Shown piece by piece: positions 6,383-15,978 of a stretch of DNA of 27,854 bases. A program made the position numbers and the translations under genes. Source of the DNA: a virus (Duplodnaviria > Heunggongvirae > Uroviricota > Caudoviricetes); the IMG/VR virus record IMGVR_UViG_3300032782_000004. One strand, given 5' to 3'. Each line of letters begins with the position of its first letter. Position 1 is the first letter of the stretch. The notes beneath the pieces were generated by a model. That model made no database searches. It was not told the origin of the DNA and was given only the letters and a program-made list of their open reading frames with translations.

Positions 6383-7527
6383 GCGAACGTGATCGGCTGC
6401 GGCGTGACCGGCACCGCCAGCGCCAGTTGAAGCGTCTTGGTGAACAGCCCGCTCAAGAACGTTGGTGCCGGTATAGTCGACGGATCGAGCGGTGGATTCG
6501 GCGGGGGCGCCGCGACCTCGAGCGCGACGAATTCCCCGAGTGGTCCGCTAAGCTCGTCGTTGCTCGGCGTTCCGAACGTCTCGCTCAAGTTTTGTTGCGC
6601 AACCGCAAAGTAACTCTGCGGCAAATACACGAGCGGGCGGTCGATGAGCAATTGCGCTTCGTCGGTGAGCGCGACGAGAAAATCGAGTGCGGTCGCGTTC
6701 GCTTGTACCATCGGCAACGGCTCCGACAGCTCGGCGAGCGTGATTTGCCCTGCGCTGTTTCCGAAAACGCCGGTGCCGGTGAGAATGAAATTGTCGATGA
6801 CGGCGATGTCGATGCTGCCCACCGCGAGCGGCACCGCAGCCGGACGTTTGCCGGTGAGTCCGACCGTTGCCGTGAACGGGCCCGCGCCCGTCGAATCGTG
6901 ATAGATGAGCTCGACGGAGCGCGCGCCGTTTCCGGCCGGAATAGCCGGCGTCGTCGCGACCCCGTTCGTATCGAACGGCGAGGTCGAATAGACCGCCACG
7001 TTCGTCACCGGCGTCGCTACCGTCTTGAATGCGGTCGTGTTGGATGTGATCCCGGAGTACGCGGCGGTGAGTACGATCTGCGTCGCGCCGAGCACCGTTG
7101 CCACTTCGTAGAAAACGCCAGGCTGCGAAAGGAATTGGATCAGATCACCCGATTGCAAATTCGGAATTTGTGTGGCCGTCGTCGCAACGCCGAAGAGGCC
7201 GTTGGCGACGAAAAACGATCCAGGCAGCGTCACTGCTTTGCGCAGTTCGTAGGGAAGTGTCGGCGGCGTCGATGTATCGGGTTGGCAGGGAAACGGTGGA
7301 GGCGCTCCGGCGCCGGCCATGTTCAAGGTGAGCATCCGCGTAACGGTTGTTCCGCTCGGTGTCGTCACGTCGCTGTCGACGTTGAGCCCAAAAAATTGGC
7401 CGAGAACCGGATCAGTGCCCACATTGTCGTAGAGCGGCACTGCGGAAAGCGCCGCAGCAGCTTGCGTTGGCCCATAAGGGCTATTCGTCACGTCGACGGT
7501 CCAGGCGAGCACGATTTGGCTGGGCAT
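6379..7527 (-). CDS. Probable virion structural protein (beta-rich, Thr/Pro-rich)
   Basis: Long ORF, likely start MPSQIV at 7527; composition resembles phage structural proteins. No family recognised. Confidence 0.7.
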   Translation of the reverse strand: MPSQIVLAWTVDVTNSPYGPTQAAAALSAVPLYDNVGTDPVLGQFFGLNVDSDVTTPSGTTVTRMLTLNMAGAGAPPPFPCQPDTSTPPTLPYELRKAVTLPGSFFVANGLFGVATTATQIPNLQSGDLIQFLSQPGVFYEVATVLGATQIVLTAAYSGITSNTTAFKTVATPVTNVAVYSTSPFDTNGVATTPAIPAGNGARSVELIYHDSTGAGPFTATVGLTGKRPAAVPLAVGSIDIAVIDNFILTGTGVFGNSAGQITLAELSEPLPMVQANATALDFLVALTDEAQLLIDRPLVYLPQSYFAVAQQNLSETFGTPSNDELSGPLGEFVALEVAAPPPNPPLDPSTIPAPTFLSGLFTKTLQLALAVPVTPQPITFA

Positions 7528-7680
7528 GGGCTCAGAATACACCCGAAGGCGTCACGCCCTGCACCGTGCCCTCTACGTGGCTCGCAGCGCGCTTTGATCG
7601 ACGCCTCGAACGACCTGGGGTCCGGTGTCCGATCGAGCGCTCTGGAGCCGCACAAGCGCGGTGCTGGACACCGCCGCGCC

Positions 7681-7708
7681 TAGCGTGATAAGGTTGATTA
7701 TCCCGCAC
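7681..7708. other. Candidate tyrosine-recombinase core site (11-6-11 bp, dif/lox-like)
   Basis: TAGCGTGATAA-GGTTGA-TTATCCCGCAC: inner 9 bp of the arms are 8/9 inverted; ATAA-N6-TTAT core as in dif; 13 bp before the recombinase start. Confidence 0.55.
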
Positions 7709-7721
7709 GGTAGGATCTAGC

Positions 7722-8804
7722 GTGTCTGATAACCAGATAACCAAACACGCCGAGCACGCGCTCGCCAAAGCGCAAGAAGATCTCGTAGCGCTGGATAAGC
7801 GTGCGGAAGAAGCCGCCTATTCGGCAATCCCGGCGAACACTCGGCGGGCCTACGAGTTCGACTTGGCCTGTTTCGCGTCGTGGTGCGTCAGACACGGTGT
7901 CTCTCCGGCACCGGCCGAACCGCGAGTCGTGCGCGCCTACTTGCAGGAGCTCGCCGAGCGCGGGCGGGCCGCCGAAGACGTCCAAAGCGGCAAAGCTCGG
8001 GGCCCGATGGGGTACAGCGCGCTCATGCGCGCACTCGCGGCAATCTGCCGTAGCAATCAGAAAGCCGGGTACCCAAGTATTTGGAAAGACACGCTTATCA
8101 GATCGACACGGGAGACGCTGGCGATCACTAAAGGGAAAGCGCCGAAGCGGCAGAAGCGCGCGCTCAGCGGAACCGGCGAAGCACTTATCTTCCGCGTGTG
8201 CGACTTGATAAGCGATGATGTTCGCGGCATTAGAGACCGCGCGATGATTCTCGTCGGTTGGGCAGGCGGCGGTCGACGGCGGAGCGAAATCGCCGCCGCC
8301 CGGCGCGAGCACTTCGAAGACATCGAAGGCGGGATCAAATGGATGATCCCCCGCAGCAAGACCGACCAGGCCGGAGAGGGCTTCGTGGTGCTGTTATCTC
8401 CAGGAAAAGACGAGCGATACTGCCCGGTCCACGCACTGCGCCGCTGGCTCGCCGTTTCGAAGATCGAGCGTGGGCCGGTGTTCCGCGGCGTCGACATGGT
8501 CACCGGCGAAATCATGGCGGCAGCGATCGCCCCCGAAGGGGTAGCGCGACGCGTGCAGCACTACGTGAAATTGCTCGGCCTCGACCCTGCGGACTTTGGC
8601 GGCCATTCGTTGCGTAGCGGGTTCGTCACTACGGCGCACAAGCTCGGTCGAAAGCTCCCCGACATCATGGAATCGACTGGACATCGGACGTCGGTTCAGG
8701 TGCTCGGGTACATCCGCCGCGAAGGCCTCGTCGAAGAGTCCGCCGGCCGCGGGCTCCTGGACGAAGCGTTGTCACGTCAAAAGGGAAGCAATGTCGAAAA
8801 ATAG
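7722..8804 (+). CDS. Tyrosine recombinase/integrase (Cre/XerD-like)
   Basis: N-terminal core-binding NTRRAY..D...F..WC; catalytic RDRAMIL...RRSE, PRSKTDQ, GHSLRSG, TGH....VLGY. Confidence 0.95.
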   Translation: MSDNQITKHAEHALAKAQEDLVALDKRAEEAAYSAIPANTRRAYEFDLACFASWCVRHGVSPAPAEPRVVRAYLQELAERGRAAEDVQSGKARGPMGYSALMRALAAICRSNQKAGYPSIWKDTLIRSTRETLAITKGKAPKRQKRALSGTGEALIFRVCDLISDDVRGIRDRAMILVGWAGGGRRRSEIAAARREHFEDIEGGIKWMIPRSKTDQAGEGFVVLLSPGKDERYCPVHALRRWLAVSKIERGPVFRGVDMVTGEIMAAAIAPEGVARRVQHYVKLLGLDPADFGGHSLRSGFVTTAHKLGRKLPDIMESTGHRTSVQVLGYIRREGLVEESAGRGLLDEALSRQKGSNVEK

Positions 8805-9030
8805 ATCGATCTGTCGTCGCTGTCATCGTCTGCGCGCTTTGGACGCGAGTCGCCACTGCGTCGAATGCCTCGAAACGCTGAAAGCGCTCGGGCGCCCGCG
8901 ACGGGCAGACGTCATGAGCGCCCCCGAGAAAGAAGAGCCGCCGATCACCGAGCGATCAAACGCGACGCCGACGCTTCCGCCGCCGGCGACTCCGGGAGAT
9001 CCCTGCGGAATTGGAGATTTGGATCGATGA
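8791..9030 (+). CDS. Small Cys-rich hypothetical protein (possible Zn finger)
   Basis: MSKNRSICRRCHRLRALDASRHCVEC (two CxxC); overlaps the recombinase end; ATGA-coupled to the next ORF. Confidence 0.6.
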   Translation: MSKNRSICRRCHRLRALDASRHCVECLETLKALGRPRRADVMSAPEKEEPPITERSNATPTLPPPATPGDPCGIGDLDR

Positions 9031-9251
9031 GTAATGACTACGAAATCCACGAGCTCTCATTCAAATGCATGCACCCAGTGGGCAAACGCTTGCCTGGATC
9101 TGGGTATTGCCACATTCATTGTCGGGATTGTGGCGAATATCTCGGGGTGATAATCTCCGAAGAGCGCGCCGAGATGTACCGCCAGAGTCTACGGGATCAT
9201 GTGAAGTGGAAGGAGTACGCGCAAATGGGGACGAAGGTGGAAGGCGAATGA
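9027..9251 (+). CDS. Small hypothetical protein (74 aa, Zn-ribbon-like)
   Basis: MSNDYEIHELSFKCMH...CHIHCRDCGEYLG; ATGA-coupled at both ends. Confidence 0.65.
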   Translation: MSNDYEIHELSFKCMHPVGKRLPGSGYCHIHCRDCGEYLGVIISEERAEMYRQSLRDHVKWKEYAQMGTKVEGE

Positions 9252-9480
9252 TCGACTACGGGATCCGCGAGCTCTCGGAGGATATCGCGTCGTGCCGGAT
9301 GGCGTGAAACAGTGGCAAGCGTTGATGCCGTCACGTGTTAGCGGTTGGATCGATTACCGGACAGCGCACGCGATTTTCGATGACCGCCTCAATTGGCCAG
9401 AAGGGGCGTACTTCGATCTCGAGGATGTAGATCTCGAGAAGGGCGTCGATCTCGAAACGGGCGTGTACGTTCTCCCATGA
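9248..9480 (+). pseudogene. Hypothetical protein apparently frameshifted near 9285
   Basis: The coupled start 9248 gives only 19 aa; a second frame (9292-9480) ends coupled to the next gene. One extra base would join them. Confidence 0.4.
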
Positions 9481-9842
9481 CGACGAAGTACAAGAAAGTC
9501 CGCTCGGCGGTCAGCGACACCGTCCTCGAACTGCGCAATCACACGGCGGCGTTGGAACGGCTCTCGGACTTGATCGAGCTCGCCGACGTGCCGCCGGAAC
9601 GCGGCGGTTACCATTTCTCCGAATGGGAACGTCAGTTTATCGGAAACCTACGCGAGTTGGATCCTCCGATATTTTCGCCGGAACAACGCGCGAAGATCGC
9701 GGAGATTTGGCATGCGACCGATCTCCGAAAACGTCTCGAGATCGACGAGAAGCCGGCGAACCTGTTCTCGAAGTTGTCGCCGCAACGGCAAGCCGAGCAG
9801 CTTGCTCGCGCGGCGCGCGTCAAGCTCCCGTGGGAGAAATGA
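9477..9842 (+). CDS. Hypothetical phage protein (121 aa)
   Basis: ATGA-coupled; contains FSEWERQFI...FSPEQRAKI. Confidence 0.7.
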   Translation: MTTKYKKVRSAVSDTVLELRNHTAALERLSDLIELADVPPERGGYHFSEWERQFIGNLRELDPPIFSPEQRAKIAEIWHATDLRKRLEIDEKPANLFSKLSPQRQAEQLARAARVKLPWEK

Positions 9843-9882
9843 TCGACGCGAAGCAGAAAAAGTTCTGATATTCTTCGATTTC

Positions 9883-10002
9883 ATGCCGACTTGGTTCCCC
9901 TACGCTCTCGCCGCCTCGGCGGTCGTCTTGATTGCCGCCGGATCGCGCTCCGGTTGGAAGCCATCCGGTTCTCAGCCCAAGCAACCTCTTCGATGGCCGT
10001 GA
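9883..10002 (+). CDS. Small membrane-anchored peptide
   Basis: MPTWFPYALAASAVVLIAAG hydrophobic stretch; stop overlaps GTG of the next ORF. The true start may be 9839 via a frameshift. Confidence 0.4.
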   Translation: MPTWFPYALAASAVVLIAAGSRSGWKPSGSQPKQPLRWP

Positions 10003-10265
10003 ACAAACAGCCTGAGCCCGGAGACATTCTGCTCGGTTGCGCGCACGCGCCCGATCCGCACGACGGAGCGCACATTTTTCGCGCCGAGTGTGTGTTGTTT
10101 CGTCCGAACGGCAAAAACGAGCGCTCGAAATGGATCGTACTCTGCGATGCGTGCTTTCAAGAGCACGTCGTCCGCTTGGGAGGTCGGCCGTCGGACGCGT
10201 CGCTCGCGTTCGAGGCTGTCTGGGGCGAAAACGAACCGCCGCTCGTGTTCGAGCAACCCTCCTAG
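9993..10265 (+). CDS. Hypothetical protein (about 90 aa)
   Basis: MAVNKQPEPGDILLGCAH...LCDAC; converges on the - strand module. Confidence 0.65.
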   Translation: MAVNKQPEPGDILLGCAHAPDPHDGAHIFRAECVLFRPNGKNERSKWIVLCDACFQEHVVRLGGRPSDASLAFEAVWGENEPPLVFEQPS

Positions 10266-12055
10266 CTAGTCGCTGCACAGGGGCGCGCGCTGATCACGCC
10301 GTTCTCGATCTCGAACAGGTAAAACACTCCGTCTGGGCCCATCACCGTAGTCGGCTGCCCCTTCGAGATGTTGAGCGCGATCCGAGCGGCAGTTTGCATC
10401 GCCGGCGGCACTTCGACGGGCGCGCCCCAGACGTTGCAGCTCGGCGCCGATGACGGCGCTTTCGGCGACCATGGGACGCCCCACCACCAGCCGGGCGCGC
10501 CGCGCGGCACGAACTGTGATGGACGAGCATGCGGGGCGCCCCCGCCGCTGTGATGCGCGTGTGGTGGAGCACCGACACCGGATTGCATCTTCGGATAGGG
10601 CCCATACGACGCCGCCGGCGAGGTGCCGGCTCCGAGGGCACCGACTCCAGACTTCATTTTCGGATAAGGTCCGTAAACGTACGGCGACGGCGCCGATGGA
10701 GGAGGCGGCTTGGCCGCCGCGGTCGGACTACGGGTCGGCTCCGATGGTTTCGGCGCGGCTTTGGGCGGGGCCGGCGCGGCTTTGGGCGCGGCGGGCGGCG
10801 GGGCCGGCGCGGCTTTGGGCGCGGCGGGCGGCGGCGACGACGCTTGCGCTTTTTGCAGTTGAGCCTGTTGATCGGGCGTGAGTTGCGCGAGCTGCTGCAT
10901 GCTCACGTAGTTGGCGAGCTGTTGCTGCTGATCAGGCGTCAATTGCGCAAGCGACTGGAGCGCCGATTGCGTGATGACATCGTTCAACCACGGATAGTGC
11001 GCAGCTTGAGATTGGAGCGCGGCGTCGAAGCCTTGCAGGACATCGCCGGAGAGCTTCGCGCGCATCGCGCGCACTTGAGCTTCGTTGACGCCTTGGCTCG
11101 CCAGAAGCCCGGAGGCGAGCTGTAGCCCTTGCCGTGCGCTGTCGCTTGGAAGAATTTGAGCGAGCGAGGCCAAACCCGGCGTCGATTGGATAGCCTTCGT
11201 TCCGGTGTCGAGGATCTGTTTCGTCTCCTGCGGCGTCAGATTTGCGACGGCCGCATTGAGCGCGCCTTGAAGCTGCTTGCCGGTCGAGACCGCGATGCCG
11301 ATGTCGAAGGCTTTCTGCGCATCGGGTGAAGAGAGCGCCGCTCGAGCCGTATCGAACGCCGCTTTGGTGATGTTCTGGCCGCTCGCGACTTTCTTGGCGA
11401 GCTCGAAGCCGGTCGTGGCGATAGCTCCGCCGGGGATCGCCGAGGCGATCGCATTCTCGAGCGCGGCGTCGATCGGTTTGCCTTCCGCGAGCGCGGCACC
11501 GGCCCCGATGACCGCTGCGATGCCGGTGCCTAGACCGGGGACAAGCGAGACGACCGTTGCGGCGTACGGCGCGACCGCGCGGACAGCCCCGAGCTGAGAC
11601 TTTGCCGCATCGAGCAATGCCTGGTCGATACGTTGGCCTTCGGCGAGATGGGCGACAGCCGTGATCGGGGAGGCGGCTGCTGTGATGACGGGGCCGAGAA
11701 TCGGGATCTTCGCGATGAACGAAAGCGGCCCGAGTGTCCATTGTGTCGTCGTGTGGACCCCAGCTTTCGCCAACCATGCGTGGGTAGCGCTGAGTATCGA
11801 TTGCAGATCCTTTTTGCGGCCTTCGGTTGACGCCCAAAAAGGATCGTTCGGGTTCTGAAGCGTTTTCAACGCACGACCGTCAGTCGGAAGACCGTACTGT
11901 TGAAGCCGTCCGTATCCGTGCGCGTAGGCGGCTATGGTGAACGCAGGGATCTCGAAACGGCCTGACTCCGATTCGAATTCAGACGCGAGAGTAGCTCGCA
12001 TCCATTGAGGGTGCGAATCGATCAGCTTCTTGAGATCTGGTCCTAGCGCGGCCAT
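10262..12055 (-). CDS. Probable virion protein (597 aa; Ala-rich helical region, Pro-rich linker)
   Basis: Long ORF with internal repeats PKAAPAPP, LAQLTPDQQ and YGPYPKMxSGVGA; lies in the structural module. Confidence 0.75.
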   Translation of the reverse strand: MAALGPDLKKLIDSHPQWMRATLASEFESESGRFEIPAFTIAAYAHGYGRLQQYGLPTDGRALKTLQNPNDPFWASTEGRKKDLQSILSATHAWLAKAGVHTTTQWTLGPLSFIAKIPILGPVITAAASPITAVAHLAEGQRIDQALLDAAKSQLGAVRAVAPYAATVVSLVPGLGTGIAAVIGAGAALAEGKPIDAALENAIASAIPGGAIATTGFELAKKVASGQNITKAAFDTARAALSSPDAQKAFDIGIAVSTGKQLQGALNAAVANLTPQETKQILDTGTKAIQSTPGLASLAQILPSDSARQGLQLASGLLASQGVNEAQVRAMRAKLSGDVLQGFDAALQSQAAHYPWLNDVITQSALQSLAQLTPDQQQQLANYVSMQQLAQLTPDQQAQLQKAQASSPPPAAPKAAPAPPPAAPKAAPAPPKAAPKPSEPTRSPTAAAKPPPPSAPSPYVYGPYPKMKSGVGALGAGTSPAASYGPYPKMQSGVGAPPHAHHSGGGAPHARPSQFVPRGAPGWWWGVPWSPKAPSSAPSCNVWGAPVEVPPAMQTAARIALNISKGQPTTVMGPDGVFYLFEIENGVISARPCAATS

Positions 12056-12106
12056 ACCGGAAGTCTATCACCGCCCATGCGAGAATCGGTGGATTCGCGC
12101 GCACGG

Positions 12107-12129
12107 CCGCGAAAATCTTCGCGGTTTTT
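12107..12129 (+). terminator. Putative intrinsic terminator facing the + direction
   Basis: CCGCGAA-AATC-TTCGCGG followed by TTTTT, intergenic. Confidence 0.45.
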
Positions 12130-12133
12130 CCTC

Positions 12134-12844
12134 TTATTGGACCGTGCCCGATCCGAAGAAAAGACTGGTCGCACCGTCACCGGTCAACGCGATAAGCTGC
12201 GCGATCCATCCGTTCTGTTGAAGCGTCTCGCCCGCGACAGTCGCCGTCTTGTCGCCCGTAGCTCCGGCGTCTACGGCTAGCGTGGCGATGCTGTTGACGC
12301 CGTCCACGTCTGTCAACCTGGCTGTCATTCCGCTGGGCAGCGTCGCGTCGTTGTCGTATCCGCCGAATATCCAAAGTAGCTGAGACGAATTCAACGGGAC
12401 GGTGATCCCCGTTCCAGTGGCCGTGCTCGAACTCGAAGAGGGGCCACCGCTATTGTGCGACGTCGCCACGATGGGTGCGCTTTTGCCGGCACCGCTGAAC
12501 ACGATGCATCCCAAGTTGGTGTACGCCGAGGCTCCGGCGTCGTTGTCGCTCACAGTTACGGTATAGTCGCCGCTCTCGCTGGCCGCCAACTTGGTGAACA
12601 CTTCTACATTGATCTGCAAGTCAGACACAGCGCCAGCGCAGACGAAGTTGTACGTGGTTTTGAGCCGGCTCGTAAATCCGGCCGGAGGGGTGCATGTCAC
12701 GGTCCCCGGCGTAGTGCTCGTGTTGTCGTTGTAGTACCACGCCACTAGCACGATGGTGTCCCCGTCCACGATTGTGCCCGGGGTGACGGTTTTATTGTCC
12801 CCTAGCCCGCTATCCGTTGCCGACCGAAACGTAACTGTAGACAT
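12134..12844 (-). CDS. Beta-rich virion/adhesin-like protein (236 aa)
   Basis: Thr/Gly/Ser-rich beta-sandwich-like sequence in the fibre module. Confidence 0.75.
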   Translation of the reverse strand: MSTVTFRSATDSGLGDNKTVTPGTIVDGDTIVLVAWYYNDNTSTTPGTVTCTPPAGFTSRLKTTYNFVCAGAVSDLQINVEVFTKLAASESGDYTVTVSDNDAGASAYTNLGCIVFSGAGKSAPIVATSHNSGGPSSSSSTATGTGITVPLNSSQLLWIFGGYDNDATLPSGMTARLTDVDGVNSIATLAVDAGATGDKTATVAGETLQQNGWIAQLIALTGDGATSLFFGSGTVQ

Positions 12845-12856
12845 TTTTACTCAGGG

Positions 12857-13540
12857 TCACGACGTCGTGCCGGCCGCGAAAAGCATGGCTCCTGGGAACA
12901 GCTCCGGATCTGGATCGCTCGGATCGGTAGTGAGCGTCCCATGAACAGTGAAGTTGCCGCCTGTTCCGGTGTTGGTTCCTGGGCTGGTAGCGTTAGCCAG
13001 ATCCAAGTAGGTATCGTTCGTTCCGGATGGAGCTATTAAGTTCTGAGAGACCGCCAAGAGCGTTGCGGCCGACATCGCTGTCGTCTGTACGAAGAAACTG
13101 CGTATGTTCGTGTTGACGGCGGGTCCGCCACCGTCCCAGAAAACATTGAAGTTCGTGAACCCGGTTATCTCACCGCCCACGTTTTGCGGAGAGCTGGATA
13201 GCACAGATTGGCCTTCTTTACGCCAATATACAGTGTACACATTCGTGCCGCCGACGTGCACGATAGCGAACCATACCCAACCCGTGTAACTTCCTGACGC
13301 TATAGCGACCGGAAAGTTAGCCCCATTGTATATGAATACGCACAAGTCTGTGGCGAGTATTTCGGCGGTATCGCAACCAAAACCGTTGCCGGCCCCATTG
13401 GAAACGCCGAACACTTGGGTAAACGAGGTTGCGTAGGAGTTAACTCTGCACCAGCAACCTAATGTAAAATCGGCGCTTCCGGATGGAAACGTCGCCCCTC
13501 TGGACAAGTAGTTGGCCGTAGAGGTCGATAGAACGGACAT
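12857..13540 (-). CDS. LamG/concanavalin-A-like domain protein (227 aa)
   Basis: DFTLGCWCRV...WVWFAIVH...YTVYW pattern typical of LamG-like folds. Confidence 0.7.
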   Translation of the reverse strand: MSVLSTSTANYLSRGATFPSGSADFTLGCWCRVNSYATSFTQVFGVSNGAGNGFGCDTAEILATDLCVFIYNGANFPVAIASGSYTGWVWFAIVHVGGTNVYTVYWRKEGQSVLSSSPQNVGGEITGFTNFNVFWDGGGPAVNTNIRSFFVQTTAMSAATLLAVSQNLIAPSGTNDTYLDLANATSPGTNTGTGGNFTVHGTLTTDPSDPDPELFPGAMLFAAGTTS

Positions 13541-13541
13541 G

Positions 13542-14303
13542 TCATTGCACTAGTGTTACTGACGACACTTGCATTGTCTGCGGAAGCGTTGCCGGGTTGA
13601 TCGTCCCGCCGCTACCGCCAAGTGCGACGTTCAAGATCAAAAACATCGGGAAGTTCGGCACCGAAGTGGTAACCGTGCATGTAACCGCCCCGTCGATCAG
13701 ATAGACCAGCGATCCGGCTGTCCAGTTCAACCCATAGGTGTGCCAATTCGTGCTGACGTCTGAAGTGCTCGGGTAGCAACCGGAATTGTCCCCGGACACA
13801 TGGATCTGTTGATTCACGTGCGTCAGATTGCTGCTTAGTATCTCTGCTATGTCTATCTCGCCGCCTCCGCCCGTGTCGCAGGGGGGCGCATCAGGATCCG
13901 TATGGAACTCCGATTGGCACGGTTGCCCCAACATCCATATGGTAGGCCACGGTCCTGCGCCGCCTGTAAATTTGGCGCGAATCCGCAAATCTCCGTACTG
14001 AAAAGAAAACGTGTTCCAGAACGACAATCCCGATGTGTATGAGTAACCCGGTTGCGAAGTGTCACTTTTGACAGTGAGATTCAACAGGCCGCCGGACAGC
14101 GTAACGTTACTAGCTAAGTAATACTGCTGCTCTCCGTTTGCTATATCGGGGATCCTGTTGATGATCGCCCAATCCGAATCGATCAAATCGAAGCCGTACC
14201 AGATCCGCCTCGACAGCGTTAGGCTGTTGTGTGTGCCGCCGATGTTGGACGGCTGCCCAGTACATCCGATCAAAAACAACGCTAGCGTGAGTATCTTGTT
14301 CAT
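13542..14303 (-). CDS. GH16 glycoside hydrolase with lipoprotein-type signal peptide
   Basis: Start [14 protein letters not shown] (ATGA-coupled); WPTIWMLG, catalytic [26 protein letters not shown]. Confidence 0.88.
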   Translation of the reverse strand: MNKILTLALFLIGCTGQPSNIGGTHNSLTLSRRIWYGFDLIDSDWAIINRIPDIANGEQQYYLASNVTLSGGLLNLTVKSDTSQPGYSYTSGLSFWNTFSFQYGDLRIRAKFTGGAGPWPTIWMLGQPCQSEFHTDPDAPPCDTGGGGEIDIAEILSSNLTHVNQQIHVSGDNSGCYPSTSDVSTNWHTYGLNWTAGSLVYLIDGAVTCTVTTSVPNFPMFLILNVALGGSGGTINPATLPQTMQVSSVTLVQ

Positions 14304-15949
14304 GCGAACCCTGTTGTTCCGGCGCCCCAATAGTTCGTCCCATCGTAGTAAAACGACGCTATGTTCACCGCACCTACCGTGGTGACCCAAGATGGTTGCG
14401 CGCCTGCCGCCCACTTTACCGACGCCGGCCATGTGAGCGTATATCCTCCGGCGCCCCCGTAAACCAATCTGACTTGGACGTGTCTGCTGTTTGTGGGGGC
14501 CGTAAACGTGAATGTGCAATTTCCCGTAACCGTCGTGACGTGATTGGGTCCTGTGGTAAAATTGACGGTAAGCGCTGTGCCCGAGTTGCCGTCATTGACC
14601 TCGTTGACGATAGACGAGGGCCCGGTTGCCCCCGTTGGGCCTGTCGCGCCAGCGCCGGTTGCACCAGTAGGCCCGGTCGCGCCGGTGTTGGTGGCGCTTC
14701 CCGCCGAGCCGGTCGGACCCGTCGTTCCGGTCGGACCGGTCACGCCGGTTGCGCCCGCCCCTGTCGAACCCGTTGCGCCGGTCGGCCCCGTAGCGCCGGT
14801 TGCGCCTCCTACCCCTGAGCCGGTCGGACCGGTTGTCCCCTGAGAGCCGGTCGGCCCCGTCGCGCCTGTCGCGCCCGCTCCGGTCGAACCCGTCGGCCCG
14901 GTGTTCCCGGCCGATCCGGCAGCGCCGGTGGGGCCGGTCGGACCCGTCCCGATTGCGCCCGTAGGGCCCGTCGGGCCGGTTGCCCCCGATCCGGTAGGGC
15001 CGGTCGATCCCGCTGCACCGGCGCTTCCAGTAGCCCCCGTCGATCCGGCACCCGTTGCGCCGGTGGGCCCCGTAGCCGCCGATCCGATAGCTCCGGTAGG
15101 CCCAGTTGCGCCGGTGTTACCGCTACCGGTAGGGCCGGTCGAACCGACTGCCCCTGTCGAGCCGCCGGCGCCTGTAGGCCCAGTCGAGCTAGGGCCAGTC
15201 GCGCCGGTCGGGCCGATCGCCCCCGTCGAGCCGGATCCGCTGGCGCCTGTAGGTCCGGTCGCACCGGTGGCGGATGCGGCACCAGCCGGTCCGGTGGGGC
15301 CCGTCCCGATTGCGCCGGTCGGACCGGTTGGGCCGGTCGCTCCGGTCCCGGACGCCGTGCCCGGCGGCCCCGTGTATCCTGTCGGCCCGGTGCCGCCTGT
15401 CGCACCTGCCGGCCCGGTGGTACCGGAAGGTCCGGTGCCAATCGGCCCGGTTGCGCCGGTTGCCCCTCCAGCACCGGTCGCGCCGGGCGCTCCGGTGCTG
15501 CCGGCTCCGGTGGGGCCAGTCGCGCCGATGGCCCCCGTTGGCCCGATACTGCCGCTTGGCCCTGTCGCGCCAGTGCCGCCCGCACCAGTGGCACCGGTTG
15601 GCCCTGTTGAACCTTGCGCGCCTGCCGCGCCGGTAGGGCCGCTGGCGCCCGTCGAACCTGTCCCAATCGGCCCTGTCGCACCGGTGGGCCCGCCCGCGCC
15701 GGTGACGCCCGGGCTGCCAGTATTACCGGTAGGGCCAAAGCTGCCGGTCGGGCCCGTGCGCCCCGTCGGACCGGTTGCGCCGGTATTGACAGCCGTACCT
15801 GGAGATCCCGTGGGGCCTGTCGATCCAGTCGGGCCGGTCCCTCCCGTCCCCCCAGTCGAACCGCCGCCGGTACCGCGTCGGGCCAAAGCAGATTCGGCGA
15901 GCTCTTCGATTCGGCCGATACGCGATCGGGTGATTGGACTTCGAGCCAT
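14300..15949 (-). CDS. Collagen-like (Gly-X-Thr) fibre protein with C-terminal beta domain
   Basis: More than 400 aa of GPT/GAT/GST triplets; C-terminus [13 protein letters not shown]...[10 protein letters not shown]...YDGTNYWG. Likely start MARSP at 15949. Confidence 0.88.
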   Translation of the reverse strand: MARSPITRSRIGRIEELAESALARRGTGGGSTGGTGGTGPTGSTGPTGSPGTAVNTGATGPTGRTGPTGSFGPTGNTGSPGVTGAGGPTGATGPIGTGSTGASGPTGAAGAQGSTGPTGATGAGGTGATGPSGSIGPTGAIGATGPTGAGSTGAPGATGAGGATGATGPIGTGPSGTTGPAGATGGTGPTGYTGPPGTASGTGATGPTGPTGAIGTGPTGPAGAASATGATGPTGASGSGSTGAIGPTGATGPSSTGPTGAGGSTGAVGSTGPTGSGNTGATGPTGAIGSAATGPTGATGAGSTGATGSAGAAGSTGPTGSGATGPTGPTGAIGTGPTGPTGAAGSAGNTGPTGSTGAGATGATGPTGSQGTTGPTGSGVGGATGATGPTGATGSTGAGATGVTGPTGTTGPTGSAGSATNTGATGPTGATGAGATGPTGATGPSSIVNEVNDGNSGTALTVNFTTGPNHVTTVTGNCTFTFTAPTNSRHVQVRLVYGGAGGYTLTWPASVKWAAGAQPSWVTTVGAVNIASFYYDGTNYWGAGTTGFA

Positions 15950-15978
15950 CGTTTTGAACTCCGATTCTACATGAACGG

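Noticed and set aside
6379-7527. Array-adjacent 382-aa protein as a Cas effector
   Set aside because: No RuvC, HNH, HEPN or RAMP motifs; acidic Thr/Pro-rich structural composition.
14901-15974. Pro-Val-rich + strand ORFs (also 17704-18240, 21018-21374, 21417-21623)
   Set aside because: Antisense shadows of the G-X-T collagen repeats.
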